Below are positions 1 to 9,122 of a stretch of 64,000 bases of DNA, in pieces. The first letter of the stretch is position 1; each line of letters begins with the position of its first letter. The position numbers and the translations under genes are program-made. The notes beneath the pieces were generated by a model. That model made no database searches and was not told the DNA's origin. It saw only the letters and a list, made by a program, of their open reading frames with translations. The DNA is taken from NCBI GenBank assembly GCA_963790775.1, contig CAWBPR010000012.1:2763-66762 (forward strand), given 5' to 3'. Source of the DNA: an uncultured Gammaproteobacteria bacterium (GTDB lineage: Bacteria; Pseudomonadota; Gammaproteobacteria; Chromatiales; Chromatiaceae).

Positions 1-644
1 GCACGGGTGATACGATGCAGTTTGCCGGCCTGGGCACTGGCCCTGAGCTGACTCACCAGCCTGCCACGGAAGTGCCGGGAGAGTGCCCGCACAGGAAATA
101 GATAGTAACTCTTGCTGGTCCGCCAGACCCCCTCGGGTGTAGGGGCGCCACCGGGTACCAGGCAGTGCAGATGCGCATGGCGGTTGAGGACCGAGCCCCA
201 GGTGTGCAGGACTGCTGTCATGCCCAGCTGACCACCCAGCCGCTTGGGGTCTTCACCGAAGACTCGCAGTGTTTCCCAGACCGCTCAAAACAGCAGCGGA
301 TAGAGGACTTCCGGATGCAAACCGATCCAGCCATTGAGAGTCTCAGGCAACGTGAAGACCAAATGATGGTAGTTGACCGGCAGTTGGGATACCCGTTGTT
401 TCTCGGCCCACTGTTGAGAGGCTTGCCACTGACACTTGGGGCAATGACGATCCCGGCAGGCATAGTAGTGGGACTGCTCCTGTTGGCAATGATCACACTG
501 CAACCGGAGTCCACCCAGGGTCTCGGTGCGGCACTGTTCGAGGTGTGACATCACCTGGCGGCTGCGGGGATCGAGGCGATGGTGTTGTTGGTAAACGTTT
601 AAATGGGTGACGAGGATCTGCTGCAGGTCGATGGGGTTACCCAT
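1..644 (-). pseudogene. IS91-family transposase interrupted by an in-frame TGA (285-287); C-terminus lies beyond the window edge
   Basis: Minus-strand translation from 644 gives MGNPIDL..CDHCQQEQSHYYACRDRHCPKCQ (Zn-ribbon N-domain)..HHLVFTLPETLN..LLF, then TGA. It continues in the same frame to position 1: AVWETLRVFGEDPKRLGGQLGMTAVLHTWGSVLNRHAHLHCLVPGG.. (HUH-like HLH region typical of IS91 TnpA). Confidence 0.8.
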
Positions 645-1494
645 CGTTGAGCCCCAGGGCAGAGATCAGATCAACACCCCCTGGATCGCCTTGGCTATCG
701 CTAAACACCCAATGGACATAGCGCAGGGTGGATTGGATGCTGCGGTGGCCCAGTTGATATTGCAACTGCTGCACCGGCATCCCGGCCTGCAGCTGGTGGG
801 TCGCATAGGCGTGTCTCAAACTATGGATGCCACCGACCTTGTCAATGCCCGCTTGCTGCTTGGCGCGGCGAAAGACCTTTTGTGGCGTACAGATGGATAA
901 GGGTTCGTCGGGATGCAGGTCATTGGGAAACAACCAGACCTTGGATCGTTGGGTGCGCCAATAGCTCCTCAGCCTTGCCAGTAAAGCCGGTGGCAAGATC
1001 ACATGGCGATCCTTCGCGCCCTTACCCTGATCGATACGCAACAGGCCCCGTTCACTGTCGATGTGGCGCAGCTTGAGCTTCACCAGTTCACTCACTCGCA
1101 GGCCGCAACCGTAGCAGGTCAACAACAAGGTGCGGTGTTTCAGATTGGTACAGGCTTGCAGAAGGCGCACGATCTCTGCGCGTTGCAGCAGCTCCGGGAT
1201 GCGTTGCTTGCGCTTCGGTACTTGCAGGGTCACATCGAAAAAGGCCCGCTTGAGCACCTGCAGATAGAAGAAACGGATGGCGTTGAGGTAGAGCCGGCAA
1301 CTGGCATCGCTCAAGTGGCGTTCCTTGACCAGATAGAGAAAGTAAGCCTGTAGCTGTTCAACGCTGAGTTGATCCGGTGGCTGATGGGTGTGTCGGGCGA
1401 GGTCCTTCACCGCCATCAGATAGCTCTGATGGGTCCGTGGGGAGAAGCCACGCACCGTCATCTCATCGATCATCTGTTCACGTAATTGAGTCAT
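637..1494 (-). CDS. tyrosine recombinase (phage-integrase family) associated with the IS91 transposase
   Basis: 285 aa with an N-terminal SAM-like core-binding domain (RTHQSYLMAVKDLARH..). The catalytic region has GLRVSEL..L, HSLRHAYATH and LGHRSIQSTLRYVH (R..HxxR..Y). A GGAG lies upstream of the ATG. Confidence 0.85.
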   Translation of the reverse strand: MTQLREQMIDEMTVRGFSPRTHQSYLMAVKDLARHTHQPPDQLSVEQLQAYFLYLVKERHLSDASCRLYLNAIRFFYLQVLKRAFFDVTLQVPKRKQRIPELLQRAEIVRLLQACTNLKHRTLLLTCYGCGLRVSELVKLKLRHIDSERGLLRIDQGKGAKDRHVILPPALLARLRSYWRTQRSKVWLFPNDLHPDEPLSICTPQKVFRRAKQQAGIDKVGGIHSLRHAYATHQLQAGMPVQQLQYQLGHRSIQSTLRYVHWVFSDSQGDPGGVDLISALGLNDG

Positions 1495-1612
1495 CGATTG
1501 TCTCCTCTGTTAAAGACCCCAGGTGGGTCTTTTAGGAGTGTGGTTGAGGATGACTCAGAGGGTGTTTTGGGTAGGCCCCGCGCAGCGGTTTAGTTCAACA
1601 GGTGATTATGTA

Positions 1613-1648
1613 GCCGGCACAAAACTTGGGAATATATTGCCGGCACAA
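1613..1648 (+). promoter_or_regulatory. two direct copies of GCCGGCACAA (1613-1622, 1639-1648) 40-75 bp upstream of intI; candidate operator or attI-type recombinase-binding repeats
   Basis: The exact 10-bp direct repeat is read directly from the DNA. ATGTTCT is also repeated at 1669-1675 and 1680-1686, around a TATATAT stretch. Function is unproven. Confidence 0.25.
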
Positions 1649-1687
1649 TAATTGTAATATGCTGCCAAATGTTCTATATATGTTCTC

Positions 1688-3076
1688 ATGGACGGGAAAA
1701 TAGAACAATCCGACTCCAGAATTGAACAGTTTTGGCAGAGATATATGACAATCTGCCAGACTTTTCGCATCCCTGAAAAGGCCCTGCCCTGGTACCGGCG
1801 ACATGTACAGGCTTTCATTGATCAATATCCCGGAATTCGTTTGCAGTCGCAGTCGGCGGAAAATCTGCAAGTTTGGCTTGAAGGTCTTGGCCGTAATGAG
1901 CAGTTGACTGGTTGGCAATACCGGCAAAAGGTCGATGCCCTGCGGCTGCTTTTCTGTCACATGGTGCGCGCGACATGGGCCTTGGAGTTTGATTGGGATC
2001 GCTGGGCGATGGCTGCGCAACCATTGGAGCAAGACCATCCAACGGTTGCCAGAACCTTTGAAATGATTGAGAAAGCGGTAAAAGATCCGAAAAACGATCT
2101 GGGAAAACGTTTTCCTGAGGTCTACAGAAAGTACCTGGCGGCCATTCGGATACCGGAATACTCCATCAACACTGAGAAGAGCTATCTGAGCTGGATCAAT
2201 CGATTCCTTCGTTTTCACAACAAAACACATCCCCAAGATTGTGCAGAGCCAGAAGTTGCCTCCTTTTTAGAGTATTTGGCGGTTCAACGCAAGGTTGCCG
2301 GCGCCACTCAGGCTCAGGCGTTGAATGCGATCGTCTTTTTCTTCACAAAAGTCCTGGAAAAACCTTTGGGTGAAATTGGCCCATTCAGACGCCCCAAAAA
2401 GCCTAAACGGATACCCACCGTATTGAACCCGGATGAAATTCAACGGCTGTTTTCCCAACTCCATGGCATGCATAGCCTGATGATCCGGCTGATGTACGGC
2501 ACCGGGATGCGGGTCATGGAATGTGTTCGCTTGCGTATCCTTGATCTGGATTTTTCCTATCACCATATCGTTGTGCGTCAAAGTAAGGGCAAGAAGGACA
2601 GAGTGGTACCGATGCCGGATGCCTTGTTGAACCTGTTGCAAAAGCAGGTCAAATGGGTGGAACAACTCCATCACAAGGATCTTGATGCCGGATTTGGGAC
2701 GGTATTTCTACCCGAGGCATTGGCCCGCAAGTACCCGAATGCCTTGCGTGAATTACGCTGGCAATATCTGTTTCCAGCAAGCCGTCTGGCGCAAAACCCC
2801 CGGTCAGGCATCATGCATCGTCATCATATTCACCAGAGCGCGATTCAGAAGGCGGTCAAGCAAGCAGCCACGAAAGCGAATATTCTGAAAAGAGTCACCA
2901 GCCATACCATGCGTCACTCATTTGCGACACATCTTCTGGAGACAGGTTCTGATATTCGAACAGTACAAGAACTACTCGGCCATGCGAACGTAGAAACCAC
3001 TATGATTTATACCCATGTCATGAAACGAGGCGGAAACGGTACTCGGAGTCCATTGGATCATTTAAAATTTCATTAG
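1688..3076 (+). CDS. intI: integron integrase (IntI family) with an approximately 140-aa N-terminal extension
   Basis: Collinear with IntI1 from ..YSINTEKSYLSWINRFLRFH.. onward. All catalytic boxes are present (GTGMRVMECVRLR, SKGKKDR, HTMRHSFATHLL, LLGHANVETTMIYTHV). The IntI-specific insertion is present (LPEALARKYPNALRELRWQYLFPASRLAQNPRSGIMHRHHI). Confidence 0.9.
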   Translation: MDGKIEQSDSRIEQFWQRYMTICQTFRIPEKALPWYRRHVQAFIDQYPGIRLQSQSAENLQVWLEGLGRNEQLTGWQYRQKVDALRLLFCHMVRATWALEFDWDRWAMAAQPLEQDHPTVARTFEMIEKAVKDPKNDLGKRFPEVYRKYLAAIRIPEYSINTEKSYLSWINRFLRFHNKTHPQDCAEPEVASFLEYLAVQRKVAGATQAQALNAIVFFFTKVLEKPLGEIGPFRRPKKPKRIPTVLNPDEIQRLFSQLHGMHSLMIRLMYGTGMRVMECVRLRILDLDFSYHHIVVRQSKGKKDRVVPMPDALLNLLQKQVKWVEQLHHKDLDAGFGTVFLPEALARKYPNALRELRWQYLFPASRLAQNPRSGIMHRHHIHQSAIQKAVKQAATKANILKRVTSHTMRHSFATHLLETGSDIRTVQELLGHANVETTMIYTHVMKRGGNGTRSPLDHLKFH

Positions 3077-3325
3077 CCTGTCGATGCAGTTTGTATATAC
3101 CCAAGAGCACTTCATGCAAGACGAGCTACCGCTCACCAGATTCCTGGATTCAATTCATTCTCGCACTGGAAGATAAGTCAACAAGTTTCAAGCTATATGA
3201 CGGAGAGCCTGTACCGACCCATATTTAGTGAGAAACATGTCATAAAAACCCGACCATATTGACCCCATTACCCACCGGGCATACACTCCGTAATAACTTT
3301 TGTAATAACCGCATAAGGTCCCGCC

Positions 3326-3550
3326 ATGCTCAAAGTGAAGGTCACCGCCATTGGTAACTCGATGGGGATTGTGCTGCCCAAAGAGGCGCTTACGAAGCTT
3401 CATGCCAACAAAGGCGACGTGCTTTACCTGGTCGATACGCCGGAGGGTTTGACCCTCACCCCTTACCAGCAGGATTTTGAGGCGCAAATGGATGCCGCGG
3501 AAAAGGTCATGAAAAAATACCGCAACGCGCTCCACGAGCTGGCTAAATGA
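3326..3550 (+). CDS. AbrB/MazE/SpoVT-fold antitoxin (Phd-type partner of Doc)
   Basis: 74 aa with a MLKVKVTAIGNSMGIVLPKEAL.. swapped-hairpin motif. Its 3' end overlaps the doc start by 4 nt. Confidence 0.8.
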   Translation: MLKVKVTAIGNSMGIVLPKEALTKLHANKGDVLYLVDTPEGLTLTPYQQDFEAQMDAAEKVMKKYRNALHELAK

Positions 3551-3939
3551 TTGAGCCGGTATGGGTTCTACCGGAGCTCGTACATGCCATACATCAGATG
3601 CTGCTTGCCGAGCATGGAGGGCTGCCGGGCATCCGTGATCAGACTTTACTCGATTCGGCCTTGGCTCGCCCGAAACAGAAAGCGGTCTATGCAAACGAAA
3701 TTACCCTTTTCGAGCTGGCCGCTTCCTACAGTTACGGACTGTCTCGCAACCACCCATTCATCGATGGCAACAAACGAGTCGCGCTGACGGTTGGCGCGGT
3801 TTTCCTGGAGCTGAACGGTTACTCCCTCGACGCAACTGAAGCAGAGGCCGTAATCATCTACCAGCAGCTCGCGGCAGGAACGCTTACTGAACAACAGCTG
3901 GCGACCTGGATGCAGGATTCATCCATTGCCAACAGCTGA
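3547..3939 (+). CDS. doc: Doc (death-on-curing) Fic-fold toxin
   Basis: 130 aa with the Fic/Doc motif HPFIDGNKRVAL. Translationally coupled to the upstream antitoxin. Confidence 0.9.
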   Translation: MIEPVWVLPELVHAIHQMLLAEHGGLPGIRDQTLLDSALARPKQKAVYANEITLFELAASYSYGLSRNHPFIDGNKRVALTVGAVFLELNGYSLDATEAEAVIIYQQLAAGTLTEQQLATWMQDSSIANS

Positions 3940-3948
3940 CATCATCTG

Positions 3949-6528
3949 ATGCCCGGCAAACACACCCAAGACGAGATATCCAAGGTCGAATCGATTCGCC
4001 AGTTTCTGCTGGTGTTTCTGCCTTTTTCAGCGGTGCTGATGGTCGGCGCCATGGCGCACTACTACACCATCACGCAGACCGAGCGGGTGACCCGGGAATC
4101 GAGCGAGCTGCTCAACGTGGGCCTGGCGCGCAGCGAACTGAACCGCGATCTGGCGAATGTCATCAGCGATCTGATGTTTCTCTCAAGCTATCTGGAGCGC
4201 TGGGGGTCCGAGCAGGAGAGCCGTGAGAAAGAGGCCGAGATCGCCGAGCTCTTTCTGACCTTTTCCCGGGAAAAGCAGCTCTACGATCAGATTCGCTACC
4301 TCGACACCCAGGGCAAGGAGGTGGTGCGCATCAACTTTCGCGATGGCCGCCCTATCAAGGTGCCGCAGCATCGCTTGCAGGACAAAGCGGGGCGTTACTA
4401 TTTCCAGGAGACCCTCAAGCTCGACCGGGGGAACCTCTATATCTCTCCCCTGGACCTGAATATCGAGCAGGGGGTCATCGAAAAACCCCTGAAACCGATG
4501 ATGCGATTCGCGATTCCCCTCTACACACAGGATGGCGGCAACAAGGGTATCCTGGTGTTGAACTACCTGGGCGACCGCATGCTCGGCAACTTCTCCCGCG
4601 CCGGGGCCAATATCGCGGATCATATTCACCTGGTGAATGCCGACGGCTACTGGCTACGCAGCCCGCAACGCTCGGATGAGTGGGGATTCATGTTCCCGCA
4701 TGGCAAGCGGTTTGCCGATCGTTATCCCGAGGCCTGGAAACTCATCACCCAGGGTAACTCAGGTCAAGTCAACTCCACCGAAGGTCTCTTCACGGTTGAG
4801 TCGGTCACCCCGGGACAGGTTGCCGCACAACTCATCGAAGGCGTCGAGCTGGGTTCACGTACCATTCCATCCGGCTCGGACCAGTGGAAGGTCATTGCGG
4901 TTGTCGATGCAAACCCTGACGGCAGCACGATCTGGCAATTCCTGCTGCGCCACCTGCCCCTCTATCTGGTGGTCTTCGCGGTACTCCTGGTCGGCAGCTG
5001 GTTGCTCATGCTGGCCAACCTGCGTCACCTGCGGGCGGAACTGCAGACAGAATACGAGCGGCGTTTCCGGCATACCCTGGAGAACATGCAGCTGGCCGCA
5101 GTGACCGTTGACCAGAACGCCCGGCTGGTGTTCTGCAATGACTATTTCCTGCAACTCACGGATTGGACCCGTAGCGAGGTCATCAATCAGGACTGGATCG
5201 AGCGCTTCGTGATAACCGAGCAGCAAAACAGCCTGCGTGAGACCTTTGCAAGCATCGGCTCCAGCGCCGACTTCCCCCGGGAGATGGAGGCGGAAATCGT
5301 CACCCGGGGCAACGCCAACCGTTTGATCGCCTGGCACAACACACCGGCCTTCGACGCCGGCGGCAAGGTAGTGGGATTCACCGGTGTGGGGGAAGACATC
5401 ACCGAGCGCAAGCGCGCCGAGGAAGAGGTGCGCAAACTCTATCGCGCCGTCGAACAGAGCCCCAGTATCGTCATGCTGACCGACCGCTATGGCCGCATCG
5501 AGTATGTGAATCCGAAGTTCACCGAAGTCACCGGCTATACACCGGAGGATGTGATTGGCGAGAACCCGCGCATCCTGAAATCCGGCGAAACCTCGGTGGA
5601 TGAATATGGACGGCTGTGGCAGTCGGTGCTGGAGGGCAAGGAGTGGCGCGGTGAATTCCATAATCAGCGCAAGAATGGCGAACTCTACTGGGAGTCCGCC
5701 TCGATCTCCGCCCTGCGCGGCCCGGATGGCGAGATTACCGACATCATTGCGGTGAAGGAGGATATCACCCAGCGCAAGCAACTGGAGATGCAGGTTGAAG
5801 AGCGCAATCGCGAACTGGCGCGCAACCAGGCGCTGACGGCGATGGGACGCATGGCCAGCATGATAGCGCATGATCTGCGCAATCCCCTCTCCTCGGTAAA
5901 GATGGGATTGCAGATTATCAGCAAACAGGTCACGGCTGAGAGTCGTGAATTAAGCCAGATCGCCCTCGATCAGATCTTTTACATGGAAAACATCCTTACC
6001 GACATGCTGACCTATGCGCGTCCTGAAGCGGTAAAAACAGACTGGGTCAGTCTCGACAAGCTGTTGGACGTCACCCTGGGCAGTCTGCAGAAACGCATCG
6101 ATGAGGCCCGGGTCGAGGTCGCCGTGCGCTATCAATCCGGTCTGCCAACGGTCCCCGCGGATGCCAACAAGCTGCGTCAGGTCTTCTCCAATCTGATCAT
6201 CAATGCGTTGCAGTCCGTTGAGCAGAAACCGGTGGGTGAACGGCATCTCTACATCAGCACCATGCTGCAGCTGGCTGAGTCGGGCACCGCCATTCAGGTG
6301 GAGATCTGTGACGATGGCGCGGGACTCGATGAAAGCGAGACGGAAAAACTCTTTGAGCCCTTCTTTACCACCCGCACCCGTGGCACCGGACTGGGTCTCG
6401 CCATCGTCCGGCAGATTGTTGAACAACATGGCGGCTCGGTTACACTTCAACAGAGAGCCGCCGGCGGCGCCTGTGCGCTGGTTGTCTTGCCTACCTCGCC
6501 CAGTTCCAGGAGTGAAGACTTACAGTGA
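3949..6528 (+). CDS. sensor histidine kinase (2 TM + large periplasmic sensor, two PAS, HisKA, HATPase_c)
   Basis: 859 aa with TM segments near the N-terminus and at LPLYLVVFAVLLVGSWLLML. PAS-like repeats are present (..ERKRAEEE.. / ..ITQRKQLE..). The H-box is MASMIAHDLRNPL and the G-boxes are DDGAGL / GTGLGLAIV. Confidence 0.9.
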   Translation: MPGKHTQDEISKVESIRQFLLVFLPFSAVLMVGAMAHYYTITQTERVTRESSELLNVGLARSELNRDLANVISDLMFLSSYLERWGSEQESREKEAEIAELFLTFSREKQLYDQIRYLDTQGKEVVRINFRDGRPIKVPQHRLQDKAGRYYFQETLKLDRGNLYISPLDLNIEQGVIEKPLKPMMRFAIPLYTQDGGNKGILVLNYLGDRMLGNFSRAGANIADHIHLVNADGYWLRSPQRSDEWGFMFPHGKRFADRYPEAWKLITQGNSGQVNSTEGLFTVESVTPGQVAAQLIEGVELGSRTIPSGSDQWKVIAVVDANPDGSTIWQFLLRHLPLYLVVFAVLLVGSWLLMLANLRHLRAELQTEYERRFRHTLENMQLAAVTVDQNARLVFCNDYFLQLTDWTRSEVINQDWIERFVITEQQNSLRETFASIGSSADFPREMEAEIVTRGNANRLIAWHNTPAFDAGGKVVGFTGVGEDITERKRAEEEVRKLYRAVEQSPSIVMLTDRYGRIEYVNPKFTEVTGYTPEDVIGENPRILKSGETSVDEYGRLWQSVLEGKEWRGEFHNQRKNGELYWESASISALRGPDGEITDIIAVKEDITQRKQLEMQVEERNRELARNQALTAMGRMASMIAHDLRNPLSSVKMGLQIISKQVTAESRELSQIALDQIFYMENILTDMLTYARPEAVKTDWVSLDKLLDVTLGSLQKRIDEARVEVAVRYQSGLPTVPADANKLRQVFSNLIINALQSVEQKPVGERHLYISTMLQLAESGTAIQVEICDDGAGLDESETEKLFEPFFTTRTRGTGLGLAIVRQIVEQHGGSVTLQQRAAGGACALVVLPTSPSSRSEDLQ

Positions 6529-6577
6529 CACCCGCGATCAAAAATGGCTCTCATTGAATCCCTAGCCCAAAAAGAAT

Positions 6578-7972
6578 ATGCCTAGAATCCTCATAGTCGA
6601 TGATGACACGGCAAGTTGCCGCACGCTACAGCTGCATCTATCCAACCAGGGTTACACTGTTGACCTCGCGCATAGCGTGGATGAAGGCCTGGCGGTGGCC
6701 GCCAAAGCAAAACCCGATCTGATCATCCTGGACATCCGCATGCCGGGTAAGTCCGGTCTGGAGGGCCTGCCGGAATTCAAAGCACTGTCGGATAATGTCC
6801 ACATCATCATGATCACCGCCTTTCATGACATGGAGAGCACTATCCAGGCGATGCAGAAAGGCGCCGAGGACTACATCCACAAGCCGATCGACATCGACGA
6901 ACTGGATGCGGCGGTGGACAAGATGATCGGCCAGACGGAACCGGAATCACACCGGGTTGCCGCCGCACCCCGGGAAATCGACTCCTTCGCCATGGTCGGC
7001 CGTTCCCACGCCATGAAGGAGATCTTCAAGACCATCGGCCTGGTGGCGAAGAGCCCGGCCACCGTATTGATCACCGGCGAATCCGGCACCGGCAAGGAAC
7101 TGGTGGCGAGGGCGATCCATCGCAACAGCGACAAGCCCAACGGCCCTTTTGTCGCGGTCAACTGCGCCGCCCTGGTGGAGACCCTCCTCGAGTCGGACAT
7201 GTTTGGCCACGAAAAAGGCGCCTTTACCGGGGCGGTCGCGAAACAACCGGGCAAGTTTTCGCTGGCGCAGAACGGCGCCATCTTCCTCGACGAAATCAGC
7301 GAGCTCTCACCCGCCATGCAGGCCAAACTGCTGCGCGTGATTCAGTACAAGGAGTTCACCCCACTGGGCGCGCAGGCGCCGCTGAGAAGCAACACCCGCA
7401 TCATTGCCGCGAGCAATGTCACCCTGACCCAGCGGGTTGCGGAAGGTAGTTTCCGCGAGGATCTCTACTATCGTCTGCAGGTGGTGAACATCCATCTGCC
7501 CCCATTGCGGGAACGCACCGAGGACATCATGGATCTGGTGCAGACCCTGCTGGGACGCATCAACCGGGAACTGCGGCGCAGCGCTACACATATCGCCCAG
7601 GACGTGCTGGATCGATTCTACGCCTACCGCTGGCCGGGCAATGTGCGGGAACTGGAAAATGTCCTGACCAAGGCCGTGGCCCTCAGCCCGGGCGACACCC
7701 TATCACTGGATCTCTTTCCGAAGGAAATCACCGGCATTGAATCGGCGCCGCAGAAACCGCTGACGACTGCCACCCTGGGCAGCGAGTTGATGAGTCTGGA
7801 GGCCATGGAAGAGAAACATGTCAGTCATGTCCTGAACAGTGTGGGCTGGCACCGTGGCCAGGCCTGCGAGATTCTCGGCGTCTCCCGGCCGCGCCTGAGA
7901 CGCATGATCCGCCAATACGGCCTGGAGCCACCGCCGCGGAATCGCTCAACGATGAGGACGATTCCGATATGA
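6578..7972 (+). CDS. sigma54-dependent response regulator (NtrC family: REC + AAA+ + Fis-type HTH)
   Basis: 464 aa. The receiver domain has DLIILDIRMPG. The Walker A motif is GESGTGKE and the GAFTGA loop is EKGAFTGA. ESELFGHE-like and C-terminal HTH (ACEILGVSRPRLRRMI) motifs are present. Confidence 0.92.
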   Translation: MPRILIVDDDTASCRTLQLHLSNQGYTVDLAHSVDEGLAVAAKAKPDLIILDIRMPGKSGLEGLPEFKALSDNVHIIMITAFHDMESTIQAMQKGAEDYIHKPIDIDELDAAVDKMIGQTEPESHRVAAAPREIDSFAMVGRSHAMKEIFKTIGLVAKSPATVLITGESGTGKELVARAIHRNSDKPNGPFVAVNCAALVETLLESDMFGHEKGAFTGAVAKQPGKFSLAQNGAIFLDEISELSPAMQAKLLRVIQYKEFTPLGAQAPLRSNTRIIAASNVTLTQRVAEGSFREDLYYRLQVVNIHLPPLRERTEDIMDLVQTLLGRINRELRRSATHIAQDVLDRFYAYRWPGNVRELENVLTKAVALSPGDTLSLDLFPKEITGIESAPQKPLTTATLGSELMSLEAMEEKHVSHVLNSVGWHRGQACEILGVSRPRLRRMIRQYGLEPPPRNRSTMRTIPI

Positions 7973-8031
7973 TTCAGACCGGGATGACTGATGCTCAAGA
8001 GAACGATTATTGAATCGAGACCCAGGGTGAG

Positions 8032-8440
8032 TTATCTGTCGGGTTCATAGCCTTCATATTGAGGGAGATCGCCCAGCTGATCTCCTCCCAGTTGGCCTTG
8101 GAGGTGGCGAAGATGTGGGCTGTCGGGACGTTCCTGAATATCCGATTCGATGGCGCCCAGACGCACCCGGACCCGGTCCGGTGATTGCGCTGTTCCGGCT
8201 CAGGATGGGCGAACCGCAGACTTTGCAGAAATACTTGGTCTGACCAGGACTGGATTCAAATCCTGTCAGCGTCTCTTCTCCCTGGGTGATGATGAAATCC
8301 CTGGACTGCACGAAGCCATTGGTGGCGAAGGCGCTGCCCTGAGCCTTGCGGCACTGTGAGCAGTGGCAATAGATGATCTGGCTGATCCCGCCGTGAATCT
8401 CAAAGCGCACCGCCCCGCACAGACATCCTCCTTGGTACAT
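8032..8440 (-). pseudogene. GFA/CENP-V family (Cys-rich Zn) gene with a frame-scrambled 3' third
   Basis: The N-terminal 85 aa are a typical GFA domain (CLCGAVRF..CHCSQCRK..FCKVCGSPI). The expected C-terminal motifs are split over three frames: RVRVRLGAIESDIQERPDS (frame +1), HIFATSKANWEEI (frame +2) and DLPQYEGYEPDR-stop (frame +1). This implies indels near 8178, 8117 and 8073. Confidence 0.6.
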
Positions 8441-8505
8441 CGCTCCTCCTTATCTCTATCTATCCGATTGGGTGGCGGAAAAGGATTTCCGCCCTACCCT
8501 GCGGT

Positions 8506-9111
8506 TTACTCGGCGAACTTGAGAGAGCTCATTGACTGCTGCACCGCCTGCTTGACCTGCGCATAGTCGTTGAACAGAAACACCGTATAGGCATCCGCCT
8601 TGTCATTCTTGTGCAGGGCCAGCATCATCATCTGGCTGTATTCTTCGCTGTACTCGGGCACCACATCGAACACGCTGACCGCCGCCCAATCGGCATTGAA
8701 GAACTCCCTGGCCTGGGCCTGGGAATACTCCTTGGTCGGACTGCGGCTGCCGCGCTTGGTAAGATTGCCGACCATGGTGTGGAACAGCATGTTGAACATG
8801 TGGTTGGGCTCAGGCATTGCGCTGTGCGGATCTTCGTAGTCGATCTCGATGCGCCCCAGCGGCCTTATCACATAACGCAGCTCCAGTTTCCCGTCTGCGG
8901 AACGCATGGCCTTCTCGTGTTGCAGCAGTGCATTTTTTTCCAGCTTGATCTCGTTGAACCCATCCGGTACCGAGAGTTTCAACCCGGCCTCGCTCAACAG
9001 CTCCGGGAAGGTCGGTATGGCCTGTTCCTGGGCAGTGAGAGAACCGCTTAACAGCATCCAGCCGATGAAACCAAAGACGATGCGTAATTGCTTGTTTGTT
9101 ACTGATGACAT
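8506..9111 (-). CDS. secreted hypothetical protein
   Basis: 201 aa with an N-terminal signal-like segment (LRIVFGFIGWMLLSGSLTAQ). It starts 11 nt after the upstream TPR gene on the same strand. No family recognised. Confidence 0.6.
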   Translation of the reverse strand: MSSVTNKQLRIVFGFIGWMLLSGSLTAQEQAIPTFPELLSEAGLKLSVPDGFNEIKLEKNALLQHEKAMRSADGKLELRYVIRPLGRIEIDYEDPHSAMPEPNHMFNMLFHTMVGNLTKRGSRSPTKEYSQAQAREFFNADWAAVSVFDVVPEYSEEYSQMMMLALHKNDKADAYTVFLFNDYAQVKQAVQQSMSSLKFAE

Positions 9112-9122
9112 GGAATACCTAC

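Larger units (their letters stand above)
1..1594 (-). mobile_element. IS91-family element, partial (tyrosine recombinase + Y2/HUH transposase); left end outside window, right end not mapped
   Basis: The recombinase (637-1494) and transposase (1-644) are co-directional and overlap by 8 nt. This is the two-gene layout of a subgroup of IS91-family elements. The 190-bp spacer to intI holds a hairpin (AAAGACCC 1512-1519 / GGGTCTTT 1525-1532) and a GTTC at 1593-1596. I cannot place the terminus by eye. Confidence 0.55.

Noticed and set aside
285-287. The TGA in the IS91 transposase as programmed recoding or selenocysteine.
   Set aside because: There is no reason to expect Sec in a transposase and I see no SECIS-like hairpin immediately downstream. 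A nonsense mutation is the simpler reading.
3077-3939. The Phd/Doc TA pair downstream of intI as an integron gene cassette (TA cassettes are typical of chromosomal integrons).
   Set aside because: It lies on the wrong side of intI for a classical array. I found no RYYYAAC / GTTRRRY attC-like pair in 3077-3325. The doc stop is only 9 nt from the kinase start, leaving no room for an attC.
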